Origin: the human T2T-CHM13v2.0 reference genome, Homo sapiens
Direction: 5' to 3' (one strand)
Length of the DNA stretch: 64,000 nucleotides
NCBI RefSeq assembly: GCF_009914755.1
Contig: NC_060926.1
Part shown: piece by piece, positions 54,122-64,000 of the stretch
Numbering within the stretch: position 1 is the first letter of the stretch
Layout: every line of letters begins with the position of its first letter
Notes under the pieces: model-generated
Told to the model about the DNA's origin: nothing
Databases searched by the model: none
Seen by the model: the letters and a program-made list of their open reading frames with translations, nothing else
Translations under genes and position numbers: made by a program

Positions 54122-55560
54122 TGTCTTGCCTGAACTTCACTGGAAAGCAGAACTGAGACAAGGCTTGCTTCCAGCTGGTAAATTTTGTGGAGTCATTTCA
54201 GGGAAAAGGAATGAGGCAGCGGGAGAGTGAAAGCAACCATTTCCCAATGCTTCCCTCCTTCAATGATGCACATGGCTCTGTGTCATTAACGCCCGTACAC
54301 TTCCAGGCTGTTCATTCATGAGTACAGGCATCTCCCTAGACATCTCAGAAAGCAACAGATAGCAGCTGAGGCAAAGTGCTGCCATGCCACACCTGTGCAG
54401 AGCTGGTTATTGTAGCAATAGCTAGACAAAAGTTCGAGCCGAAAGACTTGGTGGGTCACCAATGATATCCCATATTTTCTACTTCTTTGCTCCTGCCCTG
54501 CATCATTCAATCTGACAGAGAGTGTTCAAAGTGGTTCCATGTTGGTTTACAATAGATACAGCATGAGAGGGTTAATATAACAAGCCATGGTTCCTGTTCT
54601 TTTGAATGTGACTGACATATTTTACATCTGAGAAGGATGAATCACCTGCTCCACTGGATAAATGCGGTTCGATAAAATCAACGTCCACCAATTAGTTTTC
54701 TGATCTTTATGAGCTGTCACATTGAGAATTCAGAAGAAATATTGGGCTTTCAACAATGGCAATAGCTTGATTAGCCTTGGTGAGTGGGAATCTGTGCTAT
54801 TTGATTCATGCAAAATCTCAATCTTAGCCACCAAAGCTGCTCCATTCATAGACCCATTGGAGAAGTATTGGACCAGCCAAGAATTATAAAGGATGAGTCA
54901 TAAATACTGGCTGTTAAGTGACTGGTCTGTGGATAGACTTGTGAACATTAATAATGTAAAACACAATAATTCTGCATGCTTTGTAACCATTTATGTAGAT
55001 ACATCCATGTGCCTCTTCTTTCAAATCCCTTGTCTTCCTGTCCTTTGATCTATCATACGAGCTGTTGTCTAAGAAGTTACTATTGTCAAGAATAAGATTT
55101 TCCCTTGAAAATATGAAGCAATGAATATAATTCATTGCTTACTTAAGTGAAGTAGAGCTATGCTGGACAGTCATGTCTTTCCAATGTAAAGCAAACTGCA
55201 GATCTTAGGAAAAATTTTGTCTTGAGTTGTGTTGGTTACTGAGGCAGGAGGTTGTAGACATCAGTTTGGGAAAGATGATTTTTGTTTAAAGAAGTGGGAG
55301 TGATTGACTACAGCTTTAGTGGCACGTTTTGTCTTGGGTATAGAGGCCAGGATAGGGTTGATGTCACTGGGCTGAGTCACCTACCCATTTACTGACTTTC
55401 ATACTATGAGGCTGCCACTGATTGGTTGGCTTTCAGAGATGCCTTCACTAGGGCAACCTGCCACTGAAGGGATTATGCAGGCTTAAAAACAATCCTGACA
55501 TTTGCTTCTTATGAAGACTATAGAGCTGTTATTGGTTAATAAGACCAGTTTAAAACGAGT
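54122..55560 (-). mobile_element. Degenerate ERVL provirus fragment: LTR33/LTR16-like 3' LTR (~54122-54445) plus pol remnant (~54520-55560)
   Basis: LTR end tgtcttgcctgaac...gaaagcagaactgagacaagg. agccttggtgagtgggaatctgtgc resembles antisense ERVL integrase; catccatgtgcctcttc resembles antisense RNase H region. Confidence 0.6.
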
Positions 55561-55899
55561 TCTACTAGCTCTTGGTTACCGTGAGTATAGAACAATTCTA
55601 GGAAATGGGGGGTGGGTCTTTGTTTTATTTAATTCTCCATTGTGTTCCCTTTTGCTCATCCTCAGTGAAGCTGCAGAAGGGATCATCAGCTTCCAGGAAA
55701 TATCCAGATCCTCACCACTATTGTTGAACCTCCTTCAGGATGAGGTTTTCATTTTTGTTTTTTCTGCAAGGATATAATTTTCAATTCAAGTGTCAATCAG
55801 CAAAATTTCATCCCATAATTTATTGAGTCAACTTTTGAATTATCTGATGGGATAGTGGATAAATAGAAAATTTCAAAACTCTAGACAAGACACATTGAA

Positions 55900-57000
55900 C
55901 AAGATTTTTCCTAGAACCTAAAAACTTGATCTAAAATTTCTAAAGAAAAAAAGCCTAAGAATAGCCAACACTATCTGGATGAAAACCTAAATGGGGCCAG
56001 GTGCAGTGGCTCATGACTGTAATCCCAACATTTTGGGAGGCCAAGGTGGGCAGATCACTTGAGGTCAGGAGTTCAAGACCAGCCTGGGCAACATGGTGAA
56101 ATCCTGTCTCAACTAAAAATGCAAAAATTAGCTGGGCATGGTGGTGGGCACCTGTAATTCTAGCTACTCAGGAGGCTGAAGCAGGAGAATCACTTGAACT
56201 TGGGAGACAGAGGTTGCAGTGAGCCGATATTGTGCCACTGTGCTCCAGCCTGGACAACAGAGTGAGACTCCATCTTAAAAAAACAATAAAACTAAATGAG
56301 AAAAATTGCCTTACCAGAGAACAACTTATCAAAAAGTTATAATAATAATATAAACATTATGGAGAAAAAAAGTAACATACAGTAAAAAAATAAATAACAA
56401 AAAATTCTCTAATATTGTAGATATTAGAGGATGTATAGATTACTCAATAAATGATGCTGAGAAAATCGATAATCAGCATAAAAATTAAATAGGATCCCAC
56501 TCCCATAAGATACACAGAAGTGAATTCCACATGGCTTAAAGGCTTAAACATGAACGGCAACTAAAAATATAGAATAAAACAGAAAAATATCTTGGTATTC
56601 CTGAAGAGAGGACTACATATAAACCACACACCAAATAACAACTGTAAATAAAAATGTTTTCAATTGATTATATTTAAATTCAAAGGAATTATTTTAATCC
56701 CAAAGCAACTTAAAGTTTGGAAAATACATCTTCAATCTCAGATAAAGTATCTGTAACACATATAAATGGCAAATGACTAGTTTCAAAAATATATAGAGAC
56801 ATTTTACAAATCAGTTAAAAAACACAAATAGCTCAATAGAAAAATGAGCAAAATTCAGTTAATAGGTATGTTACAGGAAAGGAAGATTAAGTAGCCAATA
56901 AATACATAAATAGTTTAACATCTTTTGTAAGTGGGAATAGGCACATTGAGATTAAAAGCATGGTAAGATTAATTCAGACAGGGAATATAGAGATTAAAAT
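55900..57000 (+). mobile_element. Old L1ME ORF2 fragments, interrupted by an Alu
   Basis: gcctaagaatagccaaca, tcaataaatgatgctgagaaaat, aatagctcaatagaaaaatgagcaaa. Confidence 0.65.
55995..56287 (+). mobile_element. AluS (Sx/Sz-like)
   Basis: Alu dimer. TSD-like aaaacctaaatg / aaaactaaatg. Confidence 0.93.
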
Positions 57001-57075
57001 CCCTAGTTGAATTGTTGATGCCAAAGTAACACCACACCAATTATTTTTCAGTGCAAAGAAAAATTCATAACTCTA

Positions 57076-59610
57076 CAGGCATACCTCATTTTATTGTTCT
57101 TTGTTTACTTGTGCTTTGCAAATACTGCGTTTTTTTACAAATTAAAAGTTTGTGACAATCCTGCATCAAGCAAACCTACCAGTGCCATTTTTCTAACAAC
57201 ATCTGCTCACTTCCTGTCTCTATGTCACATTTTATAAGTCTCACAGTATTTCAAACTTTTTCATTATCATTATATCTGGTATGGTGATCTGTGATCAGTG
57301 ATTTTTGAGGTTGCTATTGTAATTGCCTGGGGCATCGTGCACTGCACCTATAAAAGAGAGAACTTAGTTGATAAATGCATGTGTTCTGACTTCCCCAGTA
57401 ACCAGCCATCCCCACTCTCTCCTTCTACTCAGGGCCTTCCTATTCACTGAAACACAACAATATTGAAATTGAACCAATTAATAACCCTTTAATGGCCTCT
57501 GAGTGTCCAAGTGAAAGAGTCCCAAGTCTCTCACCTTAAATCCAAAGCTGAAAATAATTAAACTCAGTGAGGAAAGCATGCCAAAAGACTAGATAGGCCC
57601 AAAGCTCAACCTCTTGCACCAAACAGCCAAGTTGTAAATGTGAAGGAAAAGTTCATGAAGGAAATTAAAACTATTACGCCAGTAAACACATGAATGGTAA
57701 GAAATAAAAACATTGTTATTGCTAATAATGGAGAAAGTTTTAGCGGTCTGGGTAGGTGGTCAAACCATCTACATTTCCTTAAGCCAAAGCCTAACTCTAA
57801 CACTCTTTAATTCAATGAAGCCTGAGAGAAGTGAGGAGACTGCAGGAAAAATGTTTGATGCTAGCAGAGGTTGGTTCATGAGGTATAAGGAAAGAAGCCA
57901 TCTCCATAACAAAGAAGTCTCAAGATGAAGCAACAAATGCTGATACATGAATAGAAGCTGCAGTAAGTTACCTGGAAGATCTAGGTAACATCATTGAAGA
58001 AGGCGGCTACACTGAATGACAGATCTTCAATGTAGATGAAACAGCCTTCTGCTAGAGGAAGATGCCATCTAGGACTCTCATAGCTAGAGAGAAGTCAATG
58101 TCTGGCTTCCAAGCTTCAAAAGCCAGGCTGACTCACTTTTAAGGGGATAATGCTGTTAGTGATTTTAACTTAAAGCCAATGCTCACTTACCATTCTGAAA
58201 ATCCTATAACCCTTCCAAAATATGGTAAATCTGCTTTGCTTGAGCCCTATAAATGGAACAACAAAGCATGGATGTCAGTACATCTGCTTACAGCATAATT
58301 TGCTGAATATTTTAAGTCCCCTGTTGAGACCTACTGCTCAGACAAAATAAAAAATTATTTCAAAATATTACCACTGTCTGACAATGCTCCTGGTCACCCA
58401 AGATCTCTGACAAAAATGTAAAAGGAGATTAATGTTTTTGATGCCTTCTAAAACAACATACATTCTGTAGCCAATGGATCAATGGATCATTTCAACTTTC
58501 AAGTTTTATTATTTAAGAAATACATTTTGTATGGTCATAGCTGCCACAGACAGTGATTCTTCTGATAAATCTGGGAAAAAGATGAAAAACTTTCTGGAAA
58601 TAATTTGCTGTTCTAGATACCAATAAAAACACTTGTGATTTATGGGAGGAGGTCCAAATATCAAGATTAACAAGAATTTGGAAGAAGTTGATTTCAACTC
58701 TTATGAATAACTTTGAGGTATTCAAGATTTTAGTGGAGGAAATTACCTCAGATGCTGTGGGAATAGGAAAAAAATAAACAGAGTTGGAAGTGGAGCCTGA
58801 AGATGTGACTATATTGCTGCAATCTCATTATAAAACTTGAATAGATGAGGATAAGGAGTTGCTTCTTATGGATCAAGACAAAACGTGTTTTTTTGAGATG
58901 GGATCTACTCCTGTTGAAGATACTATGAACATTTGTTGAAATGTATTTAGACTATTACATACACTTATTCGATAAATTAGTGGCAGGCTTTGAAAGGATT
59001 GACTCCAATTTTGAAAGTAGGTCTAGTGTGGGTAAAATGCTATAAACAGCATTAAGGCTACAGAGAAATATTTCACGAAAGTGAACTAGTAACTACTGAC
59101 CTGTATTTTTATGAACACTTCAGTATTTCCATATTGCATGTCTGAAAACATATAAAAGCTCAGTGTATTGATGTGGCAAACTTCATTGTTGTTTTACTTT
59201 TAGAAATTTCCACAGAAGTGAGCCGAGATTGCCGCTGCACTCCAGCTTGGGCAACAGAGTGAGACTGTCTCAAAAAAAAAGGGAAATTTCCACAGTCACC
59301 CCAACCTACAGCAATCACCGTGCTGATCAATAAATAGCCATCAACATCAAAGCAAGACCCTCCACCAGCAAAATGATTACTGCTCACTGAAGCCTCAGGT
59401 AATTTTTTTTAGCATCAAAGAATTTTTAATTAAGGTATGTACATTTTCCTGAGATGCAATGCTCTTACACACTTAATAGACTGTTGTATAGTGTAAACAT
59501 AACTTTTTTATGGACTGGGCAGCAAAAAATTTTGTGTGACTCACTTTACTGCAGTATTCACTTTATTATGGCAGTGAAACCCAATCCCAAATATCTCTGA
59601 GATATGCCCA
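57076..59610 (+). mobile_element. Near full-length Tigger1 DNA transposon with decayed transposase
   Basis: TA|caggcatacctc left TIR and ...aatatctctgagatatgccca right TIR. Transposase start atggcctctgagtgtccaagtgaaag at 57492; motifs F(D/E)ASRGWFMR and IFNVDETAF; multiple stops and frameshifts. Confidence 0.95.
59217..59280 (+). mobile_element. Severely 5'-truncated Alu (64 bp) inside Tigger1
   Basis: agtgagccgagatt...gagactgtctcaaaaaaaaa. 13-bp TSD gaaatttccacag (59203-59215, 59283-59295). Confidence 0.9.
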
Positions 59611-59639
59611 ATATACTTAAATGATCTGATTGTTTTCAT

Positions 59640-60890
59640 CTCAATAAAATGATCAGTTTTAACATCATTAACTATGATACAACCAAATATCTTTCCCTCT
59701 GGCTGCATGCGATATGAAGTATACTTGTAGTGTGTGCTAGCCAAAAAAAAAAAAAAAATGCAGAACTTGAATTCTTTAAGCTTTCACATAACTTTAATTC
59801 ACAGGGATTAGATGTAGAGGCACAATGACACTATGGAGAAGCAACTAGAGAAATCCAAAAAAATGGGATATCTTATAAACGTCCTATGCAAGCCAATATA
59901 ATAAAAAGTGACTGCACAAGAATACAAGAGAGTTAGGAATGTAAAAATGGATTACACTGCATAGTCCTGGATCAGAAACCAGTTCAAGCAAACCTTTACA
60001 GTTCAAGCTTTAAAGAATATGTAGGTCTATTCAAAACTATGAAAATGATATAGAAATTAGAAGAGATGTAAATATCCTGCAATCAAAAGTTCAAAATTGT
60101 TAATTTTAAAAACAGATTACCAACAGCACATAGGGTACGATCTCACTTTGGTTAAAAAGATCTGGAAGTATAGGTGGATTTGAACTGAAATATTAAAAAT
60201 GTTACTTTTTGGGTGTTGCGAACATGCTATTCTTAATATATTGATGTTTTTCTATATTTTCTAATTTCTAATACACATATAATAAGAAAATTTATTTGAA
60301 AGCAACACCAAAAGATGACATTTTATACCTATCACATTGGCAAAAATGTTAAAGTTTGATGAAATCAAGTATTATCAAATACATGGGAAAATATACTCCT
60401 AAATTGAGACCCTGAAGAAGCTCTTGTTCATGTGGATCTGAGCAAAAATTCCCACAGTTTGCAAAAAATTAGGAACTGTCCAATGTTATTAGAACTAACT
60501 GGAGTAATGAATTATGTTATATTTGTACAATTTCACTGTAAAATGGTAAAATAAATGAATCAATTACAGTTATACACATAAACAGATGATTTTCAAAACG
60601 TTAACTTTGAGAGAAAAATTGATGTCATGAAGATCACCAACAGTCAGATTTTACATAGGTTTAAAATAGAGACCGCTGCTTTTATATGTTTTCAGACATA
60701 CAATATGGAAATACTGAAGAGTTCATAAAAATACAGGTCACTAGTTACTTCTGGGAAGAAACAAGACACAATCAGGAAAAGTATATTAGAGGTATATTCA
60801 GAGGTAACGTATATTCAGAGGTAAAGGTGAATACTCTAAATTTGAGTTTCAGGTACACTTGATTTTATTTTTAATTTTGAAGTCATTATT
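59640..60890 (+). mobile_element. Old L1ME-type 3' fragments
   Basis: gatgacattttatacctatcacattggcaaaaatgttaaagtttgat; tagttacttctgggaag. Confidence 0.55.
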
Positions 60891-60901
60891 ATACATAAAT
60901 A

Positions 60902-61234
60902 CAATCATGTGTTGCTTTATGACAGGGATGCTATCTGACAAATGTGTCCTTAGGTGACTTTATCCTTGTGCCAATATCATACAGCATGCTTTCACAAACC
61001 TAGATGATAGAGCCTACTTACACACCTAGGCTATACGAAATAGCCTATTGCTCCCAGATTACAAACCTGTACAGCAGGTCATTACACTGAGTACTACAAG
61101 TAAGTATTTGTGTAACTAGATATATTTAAATATAGAAAAGGTACAATAAAAATACTCTGTATTTTAATCTTGGGGACCACCACTGTATATAGAGTCTGTT
61201 ATTGACCAAGATATCATTATGTGGTGCATGACTG
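60902..61234. mobile_element. Tigger3a (MER7A)
   Basis: TA|caatcatgtgttgc...cacaaacctagatgatagagcctac...ttatgtggtgcatgactg|TA. Confidence 0.88.
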
Positions 61235-61279
61235 TATATATAAATAGCATATTTCTATGTGTATATATATTTATATGTA

Positions 61280-61729
61280 TAGTTAACCCTTGAGTAACGT
61301 GGATTTGAACTGTATCGGTCCCCTTATATGTGGATTTGGTTTCCCCTCTGCCACCCCTGAGACAGCAAGACCAACGCCTTCTCTTCCTCCTCCTCCTCAG
61401 CTTATTCAACAGGAAAAGACTGAGGATAAAGACCTTTATGATGACTCACTTTCACTTGATGAATAGTAAATCTATTTTCTCTTCCTTGTGATTTTCTTAA
61501 TAACATTTTCTCTAGCTTGCTTTATTGTAAAGATATGGTGTATAATACATATAACATACAAAATATGAGTTAATCCACTATTTATGTTATTGGTAAGACT
61601 TCAGGTCAATAGTAGGCTATTAGTAGTTAAGATTTTGGGGAGTCAAAAGCTATGCAACAAATTTTCTACTGTGCCAGGATGGTGGAGTAGGTCAATGCCC
61701 CAACCAATGTGTTGTTTAAGGATCAACTG
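61280..61729. mobile_element. Tigger2a (MER28)
   Basis: agttaacccttgag...ctctgccacccctgagacagcaagaccaac...gttgtttaaggatcaactg. Confidence 0.9.
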
Positions 61730-63559
61730 TGTATTTACTTTTTTATGTATGATACAGTCATAGTAAAATTAAAATTATTAATGGATACACCAATTGCTTC
61801 TATTTACAGGTCAATTCTGACTTTACCCACAAGGCCGAGATTTATTTTTAGTAGAGACAAAGCAAAGCTGGCACCTGCAGCTCTTTATATTTTCAACTTT
61901 GCATTTGGGCTTAAAGTGTGCAAGTATTTGTTGGCAATCGTCCCAGAGAGACTAGAATTTATCCAGCAGCCAAAGAGTTGAGTCCTGTACAGAAACTACA
62001 CATCCAATGAAAACATCTTCATTTATTATTATCCTTTCTTATGGATATCTGCATATCTGATCAGCTTCAACTGCACTCCATCTTAACATTTTGCTGGCTT
62101 GTTTGAACTTAAATTTCCACACATATTCAGAATGCAAAACAAGCAAATAAACACATTAAAAATGCATGACGTACATCTATAATGTCTTTACTGTTTAGGT
62201 CCAGCTAGGCTTTGTTATTCCCGAGATGCGAAAGACATTGATTGACCCTGAAGAAGCTAAGGTTGTTTGACGTGTCAGCTGTGGCAAGGTTATGAACAGC
62301 GTAGAATAAACAGGTATAAACAAAGTCCACGGGACTCTGTGGCAGGGAGAGTGACATGCTTGATTCTACATGGGGGCCTCAGTGGGGACGTTGGAGATGG
62401 AACTTGGAGACCCAGTGGGAAAGGTGAGGGAGTGTGAGACAAAGGAAATATCATTAATAAAAACAGAGGAGTTACCAGATTTGATACAGTAACAAAAGCA
62501 GTGACACACTTCTCCTCTTTCAATTTTCTCCAGGAAGGAAAGGTGGCATGTCCTGCGAGGACAGGTGCCCTCTTCCTTCTCATTTCCTCCTGATGCTCAG
62601 GTGAGCTGGCTTTGTGCTGCGTACAGCAGAGAGTGAAGAGAGAAACACTCTCACCAGATCTGAGAGTACCTGGTGGATTTGTTTTCTCACTGAATGGCAC
62701 TTTAAAAAGTCATTTAACTTTCTTTTTGAAAAATTTACTTTAAACAACCTCTTTCAAAGTCATTAAAGAGAAATCTGCTAAAATGAGCTTTTTTTTTTAT
62801 TTTAGCATCATCCTGGCCCAAATAGAATCATTTTTAGAGACACTGATCTTGTTTATGATATTATTAGAGGAAGGCCTAGAACAATGGCAGGTTTGGGCTG
62901 TGTGTGAACCAGGACTTTGCAGTCCCCTTTCCAACATCTACTAGGGCCAGGACCATTCTCCTCACTGTAGGAGCTGCACGCTCTGCATGATGTCTAGAAA
63001 TTAAAGCATGGCTTTCTCTCCCCTTACTCATTCCTTAAGCATTAGTATTAATTTTTATTGATTTTCAAAAATACATAGTAAGGCAAAATTCAATTTCAAA
63101 AAGCTTCCACTGTGGGAAAGCTTTTACTAGGTTATAACCTCGTTAATTTATGGTCAATTTTAATTCTCCCTTACTGAACATAGCCTTACACTTGTGACCC
63201 AAGATTTGAGTCTGTCTTTACAGCCTGCTTATAAGTTACTCCCCATGCATAAGCCAATACATGAAGAAGGCAGCCATTGTTAACCCTTCTGGCTGCTGAG
63301 GGTTTAAAGTAACTTTCTCCTACAAAACCCAATGAAGTGAAGGGCTGAAGTGCAGTTTTCCATTCTTAGGTAACCCAGAGTTACTGATGCAGATATCAAA
63401 TTTCAGAAGACCATCACTGAGCCCTCCATTCAACTACTGAGTAACCAGAATGAGCACCATTGCTCTAGTTAGAATGCCATTTATCACTTCTTTATCAATT
63501 TAAATTAGGCATGCCTTTTGTTGCTTTTTAATCTAAATGCCCTCCTTAGTACCCAAATT

Positions 63560-64000
63560 ACAAATGTTTGTTGGATACCTGCTCGGGGCTCAGGGCTAGG
63601 GATACTAAAAGAAGTAACAGTTCTTGTCTTTTAGGAGCTCCCTACCCTATTTAGACTGGTAAACCTATAATGCAACTTAATGCGTAAATGATGCAATGAA
63701 GTGCTGAAGAAACACAGAAGAGGGACAAGACAGTAGGGGAGACTTCCTGAAAGATGACGTTCAAGCTGAGTCTTAAAGTATAAAGTTCAGCCACTTAAAG
63801 AGGATGGCATAGAGCATCCCAGTCAAAGCGAACACCACGGTCAAAGAAACCATAGGATACAATTTACTTGGGGAAAAGGGAGGGTATGTGTGCGTATGCA
63901 TGCGCACACATGCATGGGTTGTAGAAGAGAGAGAGAAGGGGGTGCTGGCAAAGGAAGCTAGACAGGAGGGCAGAGGCTAGATTGCGAGCAGCCTGTGTGC
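63560..64000 (-). mobile_element. L2 fragment
   Basis: aaatgtttgttggatacctgc...gacttcctgaaagatgacgttcaagctgagtctt...agagcatcccag. Confidence 0.7.

Noticed and set aside
57492-59080. Tigger1 transposase as a domesticated TIGD-like gene
   Set aside because: Numerous stops and frameshifts; the longest in-frame transposase pieces are short.

Overview
Primate (most likely human or ape) non-coding genomic DNA, AT-rich and CpG-depleted, in which interspersed repeats make up a large share. These include Alu (Y/S/J), L1 (L1PA, L1PB and old L1M), MaLR LTRs (MSTA/MSTB, THE1C/D, MLT1), ERVL LTRs and internal sequence (MLT2A1, MLT2B, LTR33-like plus pol remnant), ERV1 LTRs (LTR1-like, MER4A1), Tigger and hAT DNA transposons, and MIR/L2 fragments. 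I can support no protein-coding gene, RNA gene or CRISPR array. The supplied ORFs are repeat-derived, low-complexity or short chance ORFs. Repeat family names come from recalled consensus sequences and need RepeatMasker/Dfam confirmation. I could not identify the locus, and I found no evidence for a new multi-gene system. The most unusual directly visible signals are: (1) two independent fold-back (templated inversion) scars at TA-rich tracts, at 25182-25610 inside an MLT2A1 LTR and at 3145-3383 inside an L1; (2) an L1PA carrying an extra 51-bp segment inside its TSDs; (3) a THE1D LTR nested in an internally deleted MSTA provirus; (4) several local tandem duplications/VNTRs; (5) a TE-poor, CpG-retaining block at about 48-52 kb with a strong candidate exon.
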